Assembly: GCF_902652985.1 (NCBI RefSeq)
Contig: NC_047030.1
Span: 22,444,001-22,508,000 of the forward strand
DNA: 64,000 bases
From: Pecten maximus
Lineage: Eukaryota
Reading direction: 5' to 3'
Part shown: piece by piece, positions 38,905-50,447 of the stretch
Layout: each line of letters starts with the position of its first letter
Position numbering within the stretch: position 1 is the stretch's first letter
The notes under the pieces: model-generated
What the model was told of the DNA's origin: nothing
What the model saw: only the letters and a program-made list of their open reading frames with translations
Database searches by the model: none
Program-made: the position numbers and the translations under genes

Positions 38905-41350
38905 AAGATCAAAATTGTCTGTAATGAATTTATAGAAGTCGCTAGTCTGTTGTCTGCAACACAAACTTTGGAGCAATTTCAGCTTCAAGTAGATGACTCC
39001 ACAGTTTCATTTGTCCCCAAGCAACAGCAGCTGCGAGCAATAGATCATTGGACGTATGCGTTCCCGTTCCACATTTCTGTAGCAGTTTATTTTCAAACTC
39101 ATCCCCTCGAGGCAGCAAACCTCATGAAATACGCAAGTATTGTGCAGACCCTATCAAAACAGGCTTGCTTTGCTGCTACAATGTCCTATGACACCTCATT
39201 TAGGAAATGGCGTCAACACCTTACAGCATTGCGTTGGAAGATGGTGAATTCCGAACTTTATTTGAAGGCTTGTGCCATGTCACTGAAACAAAGTAATCCG
39301 AAATCCGCTAATGCAAATTCCTTTCGAAACAATTATTTTTGCAATCAAAGGCAAACATTGGGTCTCCGAAATAAATGTTCGACATTTTCGAAAACCGGCA
39401 CGTGCTTCAGGGTATGCACTTACAAGGATGCTCAAAATGTGGATAGTCCGCTCCAACCAGCAATGCCCTCAACAGTAACATATCAGATTCCCCCAAGTCT
39501 GCACAGAACCCCAATCAACAATCTTCCAACAGAACTTGTCAGAAATAAATTGCGAAGTCCCATCAATGTAAAAGTATTTTAGAAGAGTTAAAGGGTTATG
39601 ATCATTCAAAGCTGTGTTTTCTGTTTGAAGGTTTTACACAAGGTTTTCAATTGACATACGAGGGAGATCGCGCTGCACGCGGTGCAGGCAATCTAAAATC
39701 AGCTCTAGATTTACCACACGTGCTAAGACAAAAGATTCAGCATGAGATTAACTTAGGTCGTATTGAGGACGCCTTCTCTGATCCCCCGTTTCCTAATTTT
39801 CAGGTTTCTCCTTTGGGCTTGGTGCCAAAGAAAGAGCAAAATGAATTCAGGTTGATACATCATCTTTCATTCCCAGACGATTCATCCATCAATGATGGAA
39901 TTTCTCCATATGATACTTACATGTCCTATCAAACAGTTGATGATGCTAGAAAACTTATCCAGTATTTTAAAAAGGGGGCACTACCGGCAAAATCCGACAC
40001 TTGAATCAGCATATCGCCTTATTCCAGTTCAGCCTGATGATTACGAACTTTTGGGTATGACCGTTGATGGTCAGTATTACTTCGATAAGGTTCTCCCTAT
40101 GGGATGTGCCGCGTCTGGTCAATTGTTCGAAGCAGTTAGCTCTACAACTTACTAGATTATGGTTAATAAATATAAAGTTGCAGGCATGGATCATGTACTG
40201 GATGATTTTTAATTTGTAGGCCCATCAAATTATTCAAAATGGAGACAATATTTGAGTTCCTTCCTGCAATTTTGTTATCGTACAACTATTCCCCTAAAAC
40301 AGAGTAAAACAGTTTGGCCAGTAACAACAATCATATGTTTGGGCATAGAGCTTGATACAGAACAATTGTAGGCTAGGCTTACGATGGAGAAAGTGTGTCA
40401 AATACGTGAATGTCTGGGGTTGTTTTCTAAACGGAAGAACGTCACGTTAAAGGAAGTCCAGTCTCTGTTGGGTTTGTTAATCTTTGCATGCAGTGTAGTG
40501 GTCCCTGGCAGGGCATTTTTGCGTAGACTTATTTATCTGACTATGGGTGTCATTAAGGGACCACAGACCCAAATCAAAAATAGATTGTGGGTTTTGCCCG
40601 TTTGGGCAGAAGATTAATAGAAAAGTGAATGTGTCGGGGCCTACTGATTGGATATCCAGGTGAGATAAATTTCCAAAGTATTATGTGTGGGCTGGGCAAT
40701 ATAAGTGTGTGATTTGTTGTAAATTTAGGTTAATGTTTGATGCTGAATTCAATACAAGATGGTGGCCCCTATATAAAAAAGTGTTCAAATTGGTAGAATT
40801 TTTAAGCATTTTATTTTCAGGTGTGTGAGATGTCATTCTTAAATATTATGGTTAGTGGACCAGAGTTTAAAACTCCATTTAAGCAGGACAGTGGTAAACG
40901 TTAACACTATCGTCTATGGGAAATCATTTGGTTCCGTGGTCCCTTAAAGGGCACCATCGCATTCGTCTGAATAAAGAAGCTTGCAGGCGTTGGGAATTTT
41001 CATCCAATCATTAAATGGCAAATCTCTATTTCTTTCAAAAAAGTGAGCAGACGCTGATCAGTTACATTTTTACACAGATGCTAGCAACAAGGGGTTTTGG
41101 GCACTTTTGGGTAACTCTTGGTTATTTGATAGGTGATCTCAGGAATTTCTACAATTCCATATTACTATCAAAGAATTATTTCCTTTGGTCCTGGCTGTAG
41201 AAGTTTGAGCTGAACAGCTTTCTAATTCATGTATCTTATTTCATACTGACAATCCAGGTGTCGTAGATATTCTCAATAAACAGTCAAGCAAGGAACAACA
41301 ATCATGCAACTAGTACGTAGATTAGTGGCAAAAGCCGTACAATTAAACAT
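38905..41350 (+). mobile_element. DIRS/Ngaro-type retrotransposon remnant: gag, RT, RNase H; truncated before the tyrosine recombinase
   Basis: gag-like IDHWTYAF..NLMKY..YDTSFRKWR. RT SPLGLVPKK..FRLIHHLSFP..SINDGI, YYFDKVLPMG, HVLDDF. RNase H FYTDAS, KELFP, FHTDN. Many stops and frameshifts. Confidence 0.9.
40557..40943. mobile_element. 387-bp MITE with TTAA target-site duplication, Kolobok-like
   Basis: TTAA at 40553-40556 and 40944-40947; TIR gggaccacagacccaaat / atttggttccgtggtccc. Removing it restores the DIRS frame MGVIKGHHRIRLNKEA. Confidence 0.93.
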
Positions 41351-41689
41351 CTTATAATTAGTCGAATCCAGATATTGACCAACTTTGCTCAAACCTGATA
41401 CGTAGGTGTTTAAGGATAATGAAAATAAAAAAAATATCATATCTAATCGTTTCCTGAACAATGATTAAATGCATATCTTCATCAGATACATTGTATATAG
41501 AAATATAAACTTCTTCAGTATGAATAAAATGAACACGACAAACATTGCTTCGTTAATGATTTTATATCTATATTTAGTATCCGTATCAAGGCAATTGTCC
41601 TTAATTATCCAAGCGACAACAAAAGTTACGGTAATGACACGTCAAAAGGCTTGTATATGCGTGAATACAAAACTGTAAACAATATCGTG

Positions 41690-41828
41690 TCACCTCCAAA
41701 CTTCTAGTCCGGAGTATTATGAAGGACAATTATAAATAGGTGAAGATATTGGTGGACGGGGGAGCTGATATCAGCATCACTGATAAGAATGGACAAACAC
41801 CGCTGATGAAGGCATTTTAGAGTAAATA
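41690..41828 (+). pseudogene. 5' fragment of the ankyrin gene
   Basis: SIMK..YK*VKILVDGGADISITDKNGQTPLMKA with an in-frame stop; start region deleted. Confidence 0.85.
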
Positions 41829-43267
41829 CCGTTTAAATTTGAACGAAGAAGTCAGCCAATGTTGATATTGAAAAATGTTTTGATGACAGTCTTCTATTTG
41901 TTTATATCAGAATGATATGATTATGTAGGTCTCATGGTTGTATAAGTTACACAAAGTGTCAGGTCGAGGTTGTTTTCTTTTATTCTGATATTAAATTGTT
42001 GTGTTCGTCAGCTCTTCCTAATGAAGACGTGACATAAACTATAACTGTGAAAATCTGGGGGTAACGTATTTCAAAGGAAATAAAACACAAGCGTTGATCA
42101 CCTGCAAATATGAATTCAGTAAACAGCATCATATCATAATAAATACGTGATGGTTCCTACGAAGAGTCAAAATACACCACCTGATGGTAAGTATTATTAG
42201 TTACTCAAAGTGTCAGGTCGACTTGTTGTTTTCTTTAATTCTGATATCAAAGTGGTGTGTCATCTCTTCCTAATGAAGACGTAATATAAACTATAACTGT
42301 ACAACTCTGGTGGTAACGTATATCTATTGTATAATTTGAACGAAGAAGACATTCATTGTGGACTTGTTGCTTTAAGTAATTCTGAAATTGAGTTTTATAC
42401 GTCAGTTCTTTGTTCTTCTTTCGAATTAACACGTGATACACTATTACTGTAAACTACATTGGGTAAAGTACCTTAAAAGAAATGTCAAACAAGGTTGATG
42501 ACATTCAAATATCAATTAAGTAAAACCAGCGTTGCGCGAATGAATTTGTGATGGCTCTTACAAAGAGTTAAATAACCACACCTGATGGCAAGCCATGTAG
42601 TTTAGTGTTAAATAAAGTTTGGAATCGTGATATATGCAAAACACTGCCAGTTTATAGTTAACATGGGTCTAGTTAATAGTTTCAATATAATTTAATCATG
42701 TATTTATATTATTTGATAAAATTCTGTTCTTAAATGCAAGCTTTCATTTCATCTCTCTTTAACAACACATCCATAATGTTAAATTTAATCCCTTAATTGT
42801 ATGCCTACCACGTTAGTAAAAGATTTCAGTTATAATTAGGGAATGTTTGTTCAAGAGGAATTCAGGAATGTGAAAATCGAAGAAATATGTCTGGACATCT
42901 GCTCTGAATAAGGCTCTTCCAATAAAATCCAACCCTCAAATTAGTCCGCAAGTCTTTCTTGTTTAAAAAACCCCAATCCGACTGATTCTATCAACATACA
43001 TGGTTTAGTGCACCAATATACTGCATACCACCAAGGAAACTACAATGTGGATGACAATTGTTGGACAACAAAATCAAATGCGACCTTATGATTGGGTGAT
43101 GCTGTCTCTGAAACGTAGCCAACAACATTGGTTTATTCATTTTATTTATTTTATTTGTGTTTATTTGGTGACTCTAATTAGTTATATTTCAATAATATTA
43201 GTGCCATTTGATGCGTTTTGTGAAGAGCAGTGTATACATACGCTGTCATTAGTGTAGTTTCTAAAAA

Positions 43268-43300
43268 CCAAGAGGCCTTGAGGACTCAATGCTAACATGA
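43268..43300 (-). mobile_element. Decayed Helentron-type 3' terminus (also ~47287 and ~53060; + strand at ~20470)
   Basis: caagaggcc..ggactcaatgct(c)ac(c)tga resembles the short hairpin plus subTIR end of HINE-type elements. Based on motif recall only. Confidence 0.4.
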
Positions 43301-44929
43301 TTAGTTAGATATTGCCCGAAACTATAACGAGCCACATACGTCTAGAAATCATGCTAGATAATTATTGTTGTAATTATTGTACGATGTATCTATTGCAAGT
43401 AATTCATATCATTGCCCAATTAATAAAATTATATCCTCCCTGTCTGTATCTACAGCTGATTTGCTATTTCATTTTAGTATCTGATTTGATGATTAGTGAG
43501 ATAACGTAGGTCACATTTTTACATTCGTTGTTGCTAGTGCTAGACCTGTTACGTGAATAAGAATTAATTCTAAAGTTAAGTTGTTGTATACGTCAGTTAT
43601 GTTTCCTAATTTAGACACTGTACTTAATATATGACTAAATAAAGTATATATAGTAGGACGATACTGAATACAAACATACAGTGTCATATAACCCTACTCG
43701 CTTGGAAACCACGTCACTTTGAGTTAAGTGAAGGAAGGAATCGTTAAGAAAACATGCTTCGAGCTAGCATATATCAACATCAAGACAGCTTTATTATACG
43801 CAAAGGGATAGATTGAAACGCTTAAAATTGTCACAGGAGCCATTACATAAGTTTACTAAACTGCCATTGAGGTCGTAGATGATGAAACAGATAAATGTGT
43901 CGTTTGCCTTGTGATCTAATTAGTATATGCTTAATTTGAATAAAATCAGTCAATAATTGGATTTAGACCAATAAGATGCCAGAAATTGCGACCAATTTGT
44001 TGTTACAGAAAACCAAATTGATGCAGTCCCATAATACACCTTCATACCACATTCTGACAAAATCGGGCATAATTCAGATTTATTAAACGCTAATTAGACG
44101 CCATGAAATGGCGGAAACTCTGTCGAATAGGATCACGTAATGAATTTGCTTTGTCAATGCACATACCAAGTCTTATAAAAGTCCAATGTGTCATTTGCGA
44201 AGTAGAAATTGTTATTAGAAACCATTACAGAAGTCCCCCAAACGCAATTACCCACATAGTCCCTAATACCCCTACATACCAATTTTATCTTATCTATATC
44301 AAAGTAGACAATGCTTAAATTTCAACCAGTCGAGGCCAGGAAATGGCGGCAGTCCTCTAATACCACTGCATACCATTTTTTTCAAAATGGAAAATAATCA
44401 AATATTAACCAACCAGATGATAGCAAATGTTGACCAATTTGTTGAAATATAAAACTGTCCCATAATGTATTTACATACCAAATGTCATCAAAATCGGACA
44501 ATATTTAAATTTCAAGAAATCAATTGACATAAGATAGTGGCTATCTTGGTTAACCGATCGGAAAATTAAGGGTCCATGGTACATCTCCGACCACTCACTC
44601 ACTCACCCACCCGCCAACACGCACAGCAACACCAACTGGATCTTCTTATAAAGCATATTTTATTACACTACACCTTCATGCCAGACTCCATCAAAATCAG
44701 ACAATATCATTGATTAGTAAATACATCAACAATAATTATTCAAGGCCTACATATTCAAGTGGTTGCATCATTTGGTTTCTCAAAAATCTTTCACGTTTAT
44801 CATACCAACTTTTTTTAGAAATAAACTCTGATGGAAAATTGGTATAACATGTACAATAAATTTGATATATATCTTATTGTTTCCTGAACAATGATTTAAT
44901 AATATCTTCATCAGATATATAGAAATATA

Positions 44930-45352
44930 TGTAACAGAGCTCATGATTATTAAATTTTAAATCACTGCCTCCGCTAGGGATCGAACCCGGTACCTCTGGC
45001 TTAATGGTCTTACGCTCAACCGATCAAGCTGAAGAGAAGATATCTCTAGCCGAGCCGTATATTGCGGCTAGTATTTACCAGGGTTACATACTCCCCCTCC
45101 AGGAAAGAACTCGTCCTCGAGTCTCCAGGGGTAACGGCGATGCTTGTGGAACAAGGCTTGAGTATTTTTACCGGGTCCCTACGTGGGCGCCAATGTAACA
45201 GAGCGCATGGTTATTAAATTTTAAATCACTGCCTCCGCTAGGGATCGAACCCGGGACCTCTGGCTTACTAGTCTTACGCTCAACCGATCAAGCTAAAGAG
45301 AAGATCTCTCTAGCCGAGCCGTATATTGCGGCTAGTATTTACCAGGGTTACA
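44930..45352 (-). mobile_element. Complete TRIM (423 bp) with tRNA-derived LTRs
   Basis: Two 159-bp TGTAAC..GTTACA LTRs (44930-45088, 45194-45352). PBS TGGCGCCCACGTAGGGAC (tRNA-Lys-like), PPT GGAGGGGGAGTA, TATA target-site duplication. Confidence 0.93.
45230..45302 (-). promoter_or_regulatory. tRNA-Thr(AGT)-like segment with Pol III A and B boxes inside the LTR
   Basis: A box TAGCTTGATCGG, loop CTAGTAA, B box GGTTCGATCC. The anticodon stem does not pair. Confidence 0.75.
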
Positions 45353-45712
45353 TATACATTCCTTCAATATCAATTAAACATCTTATAATTAGTCGAATCC
45401 AGATATTGACCAACTTTGCTCAAACCTGTGTTTAAGGATAATGAAAATAAAAAAAAAAATCATATCTAATCGTTTCCTGAACAATGATTAAATGCATATC
45501 TTCATCAGATACATTGTATATAGAAATATAAACTTCTTCAGTATGAATAAAATGAACACGACAAACATTGCTTCGTTAATGATTTTATATCTATATTTAG
45601 TATCCGTATCAAGGCAATTGTCCTTAATTATCCAAGCGACAACAAAAGTTACGGTAATGACACGTAAAAAGGCTTGTATATGCGTGAATACAAAACTGTA
45701 AACAATATCGTG

Positions 45713-45851
45713 TCACCTCCAAACTTCTAGTCCGGAGTATTATGAAGGGACATTATAAATAGGTGAAGATATTGGTGGACGGGGGAGCTGATATCAGCAT
45801 CACTGATAAGAATGGACAAACACCGCTGATGAAGGCTTTTTAGAGTAAATA
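45713..45851 (+). pseudogene. 5' fragment of the ankyrin gene (duplicate of 41690)
   Basis: SIMKGHYK*VKILVDGGADISITDKNGQTPLMKA. Confidence 0.85.
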
Positions 45852-47522
45852 CCGTTTAAAGTTGAACGAAGAAGTCAGCCAATGTTGATATTGAAAAATG
45901 TTTTGATGACAGTCTTCTATTTGTTTATATCAGAATGATATGATTATGTAGGTCTCATGGTTGCATAAGTTACACAAAGTGTCAGGTCGAGGTTGTTTTC
46001 TTTTATTCTGATATTAAATTGTTGTGTTCGTCAGCTCTTCCTAATGAAGACGTGACATAAACGATAACTGTGAAAATCTGGGGTTAACGTATTTCAAAGG
46101 AAATAAAACACAAGCGTTGATCACCTGCAAATATGAATTCAGTAAACAGCATCATATCATAATAAATACGTGATGGTTCCTACGAAGAGTCAAAATACAC
46201 CACCTGATGGTAAGTATCATTAGTTACTCAAAGTATCAGGTCGACTTGTTGTTTTCTTTAATTCTGATATCAAAGTGGTGTGTCATCTCTTCCTAATGAA
46301 GACGTAATATAAACTATAACTGTACAACTCTGGTGGTAACTTATATCTATTGTATAATTTGAACGAAGAAGACATTCATTGTGGACTTGTTGCTTTAAGT
46401 AATTCTGAAATTGAGTTTTATACGTCAGCTCTTTGTTCTTCCTTCGAATTAACACGTGATACACTATTACTGTAAACTACATTGGGTAAAGTACCTTAAA
46501 AGAAATGTCAAACAAGGTTGATGACATTCAAATATCTATTAAGTGAAACCAGCGTTGCGCGAATGAATTTGTGATGGCTCTTACAAAGAGTTAAATAACT
46601 ACACCTGATGGCAAGCCATGTAGTTTAGTGTTAAATAAAGTTTGGAATCGTGATATATGCAAAACACTGCCAGTTTATAGTTAACATGGGTCTAGTTAAT
46701 AGTTTCAATATAATTTAATCATGTATTTATATTATTTGATAAAATTCTGTTCTTAAATGCAAGCTTTCATTTCATTTCTCTTTAACAACACATCCATAAT
46801 GTTAAATTTAATCCCTTAATTGTATGCCTACCACGTTAGTAAAAGAGTTCAGTTATAATTAGGGAATGTTTGTTCAAGAGGAATTCAGGAATGTGAAATT
46901 CGAAGAAATATGTCTGGACATCTGCTCTGAATAAGGCTCTTCCAATAAAATCCAACCCTCAAATTAGTCCGCAAGAATTTCTTGCTTAAAAAACCCCAAT
47001 CCGACTGACTCTATCAGCATACATGGTTTAGTGCACCAATATACTGCATACCACCAAGGAAACTACAATGTGGATGACAATTGTTGGACAACAAAACCAA
47101 ATACGATCTTGTGATTGGGTGATGCTGTCTCTGAAACGTAGCCAACAACTTTGGTTTATTATTTTTTTCTTTTATTTGTGTTTATTTGGTGACTCTAATT
47201 AGTTATATTTCAATGATATTAGTGCCATTTGATGCGTTTTGTGAAGAGCAGTGTATACATACGTTGTCATTAGTGTAGTTTCTAAAAACCAAGAGGCCTT
47301 TAGGACTCAATGCTAACATGATTAGTTAGATATTGCCCTAAACTATAACGAGCCACATACGTCTAGAAATCATGCTAGATAATTATTGTTGTAATTATTG
47401 TACGATGTATCTATTGCAAGTAATTCATATCATTACCCAATTAATAAAATTATATCCCCCTGTCTGTATCCACAGCTGATTTGCTATTTCATTTTAGTAT
47501 CTGATTGATGATTAGTGAGATA

Positions 47523-47622
47523 NNNNNNNNNNNNNNNNNNNNNNNNNNNNNNNNNNNNNNNNNNNNNNNNNNNNNNNNNNNNNNNNNNNNNNNNNNNNNN
47601 NNNNNNNNNNNNNNNNNNNNNN
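47523..47622. other. Assembly gap (100 N)
   Basis: Run of N. Confidence 1.
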
Positions 47623-48276
47623 AAGGATTTATAAAACAAAAACAAAACAAAACCCCGCAAAAAAAAAAAAAAAAACTATACACAGATGAACATAACTTAA
47701 AAAGATAGACAATCGAAGCTGGTAATTGCGTAAACTGAACTTAATAACGTGTTTACACGGGCCTTCAGAACTGACTGAGAAAAACCCAATTCCATTCTTT
47801 TTAAATTTGTTGTTGACATTTCTCTGATCTTCAATAACCAAAGTTTTTTTTTAATTTCACATTTTCATGACTTCAGCTAATATGCCAAATACAGTAAAAA
47901 CTTTGTCTCTACTAACCCGACTGACTCTAAAAAAATTCTTGCATGCTTTTTTTCACAAAAAAAACAGTGTTTTTGGTAATGCAAATATTTGATAAGAATG
48001 TGTAGTCCATTCCTGTTCAAACATCAATCCTGGTCAGTATTACAAGGTATGTGTAAAGCGATTACACTTAATATTTGGGGAAATATTCTCTGTTTTTATA
48101 TGATCAAATGAAAGAGATTAAATTGATAAATATCTTCTTCATCTAAATGACAACTAAGGGAAAGACATAGGTTGCCAGGGCTGGAACAATCTTTATTTTT
48201 TTTAAAAGTTTTCCACATTACCGGTAATATATACCACAAGAAGACAAACACGAACATACCGCAGACTCCTGAAACA

Positions 48277-48385
48277 TGTATTAAGTGCACCAGTGACCAG
48301 GTAGCTCAGTGGTGAAGCGTAAGTCTAGAGTTTGCAGGGTCTCGTGTTCGAACCCCTGTCTGGCTACTACCTTTCTCCTGTTACA
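48277..48385 (+). mobile_element. tRNA-derived repeat, probably an LTR of a second tRNA-bearing TRIM family
   Basis: Starts TGTA; A box TAGCTCAGTGG; B box GTTCGAACC; ends CTGTTACA. Confidence 0.55.
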
Positions 48386-49685
48386 TATTTAGCGAGCTTG
48401 CAAATCCTTTGGGAGGATGCTTATATCACATTCAAGTTGGAATCAATGAAACTAAAAGGTAAAATCTGTTTTGTTTGTCCATGAACTGGACCAGTTTAAC
48501 ACCAATAAGTGCCTTATGCAAAAATAAGTGCACAAGCCGCCTGATTCTGCCCAATCCTGTAAGCCTAGCTCATGTATACATTATTTTGCCGAAATAGTTC
48601 TGGGTCAAAAATAACATACATATGCGTTTATCAGAGCTTTGGAGGAAGTGAATAGGACTGATTTAGATTTTCATAACAGGCCTTATGTATATTAAGAATC
48701 TGAGAATTTCGACAATTTTTTTTAACAAAAAACACTGGTAAAATCCCTAACTCGCGCCCCAGAGTGATGCCTATTTCTATATATTCAAAATCAGTTACTA
48801 ATGTTTTAAATATGCCCATTAACAATCAAAATAAATAAAAAAAATCATCACTTGAACGGTCCTATTCTATCATGATCCTGTAAATCGTCAAAGTAGAATA
48901 AAGCATCCGTGTCAAGTCCCTGTGTCAGGCGGTCGTTATTACGCATCCATTATAAACATTTTATACCAGGAAGATCAATTGATCAAAATGGACAATCAGT
49001 CAACATTCCATCAATGAAGCTTTGCTTTTAATCAGTTGTAGAGCCCGTGTCAAAGTTACAACCAAACTCTGAAACAGATTTCGCAAAGATGGCAGTTCAG
49101 TTCGAATCAGACAACCGGAGAACAAAATCTAATTATTACTCTTCCGCGCAGCTGGCGGAGCGTTTTTATAATAATTTCTAAACTCGCTATACAAATTGTT
49201 CAACTTAATTATGCTTTTTTTTAAATGTTATATAGTAAATGTGCTGCATAATAGTATTTTTGTGTAATTAATACTGTTAAGTCATTCTCTCATGGCGGAC
49301 TATTTTTAAACACAAACCATTAGACTTCCACAAATTTTAGTATCTGAAGATTTCTTCAATTAATTAAGTGCAAATGCGTGTTAACTCAAATATAAGGATT
49401 GCATGTTGCTTCGGTCGATTGTATGGGGTGATGAATTGAGTTGCTCTTGAGACAAATTCAACATGAACTGCTTCGCGGTGAATTTATCTCAAAGACACCT
49501 CTAGACTAACATTCAATCATTAAATGTCAGTACCATGGTATCCTTTAACAAGTATCCTACCTACGATAATTTTACGACATTAAGACGAAAGAAGATTGTA
49601 TATGCGTGAATACAAAACTGTAAACTACTAAACTTTGATTAACACACGTCATCGGATAATATACCTTTATATTCTCTGTAGTCTC

Positions 49686-50447
49686 ATGGCATATCACTTC
49701 GCCGATACTGGAACCTGTCGGACAATCAGAAATATGAATGACTGTGCCACCACCAAACTTCTATTCCGGAGTATTATGAAGGGGCATTATAAATCAGTAA
49801 AGATATTGGTGGACGGAGGAGCTGATATCAACATCACTGACAAGGATGGGCAAACGCCTCTGATGAAGGCTTGTCTAGAATTAAACATATCATCAATATC
49901 AGCCACAGATACATCGTCTTCCAGGTACAAGATTGTGCAATATTTACTCCAAGATGGTACCAACCCAACTATAAAAGATAAACGGGGACGATCAGTAACT
50001 GAAATGGGACTGCCTTCTTGTTTGGATAGATGGTTAGATAACAGGACGCACCGAAATAAGAAATTCAACTCCAGATCGTTCATCAACGCAAATAAAGATG
50101 ACCAACTTAAAGGAAAACACAACAATTATTTGGATGTTCAAGAAGGACGGATAAACGGAGATTTTAGCATGAAGGGAATTGATACAGAGACAAAACCGTT
50201 TCCTTTGCAAGGCAACAATGACAGTCTTATTGCTGGGTGTTTACAGTGCCACAGTAATATAGACGGCAAACCCCTAATTGGAATCACAAGAAAAGGGGTA
50301 AGACAAAATGTTTCTAAGATGAACAAAAGGAAATATGAGGCGAGCGTGGCGAACACTAAAGAAAACCAAGAGGAATGCACCGACCATTGTCAATCAGGTG
50401 TAGACTTTGTACATTTGGGTGATGTTAACATCTCATTGGTTGACTGA
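49686..50447 (+). CDS. Ankyrin-repeat protein, 253 aa, ANKRD34-like N-terminus, copy C
   Basis: Same 762-nt length from the ATG homologous to copies A and B; 32 amino-acid differences from A by my count, no indels. Confidence 0.85.
   Translation: MAYHFADTGTCRTIRNMNDCATTKLLFRSIMKGHYKSVKILVDGGADINITDKDGQTPLMKACLELNISSISATDTSSSRYKIVQYLLQDGTNPTIKDKRGRSVTEMGLPSCLDRWLDNRTHRNKKFNSRSFINANKDDQLKGKHNNYLDVQEGRINGDFSMKGIDTETKPFPLQGNNDSLIAGCLQCHSNIDGKPLIGITRKGVRQNVSKMNKRKYEASVANTKENQEECTDHCQSGVDFVHLGDVNISLVD

Larger units (their letters stand above)
41340..43502 (+). repeat. ~2.15-kb direct duplication, copy 1 (copy 2 at 45371..47522 runs into the gap)
   Basis: Near-identical sequence; ORF pairs 41469/45492 and 42247/46270. 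Confidence 0.95.

Noticed and set aside
38743-39582. 279-aa host gene
   Set aside because: Chimera of antisense Penelope sequence, a (TA)n tract and DIRS gag.
45230-45302. Functional tRNA-Thr gene (also 48295..48366)
   Set aside because: The anticodon stem does not pair, the other stems are degenerate, and the sequence is embedded in LTR-like repeats.
49635-49685. 17-aa N-terminal extension of ankyrin copy C
   Set aside because: It starts at TTG and is not open in copies A and B. The ATG at 49686 is the homologous start.
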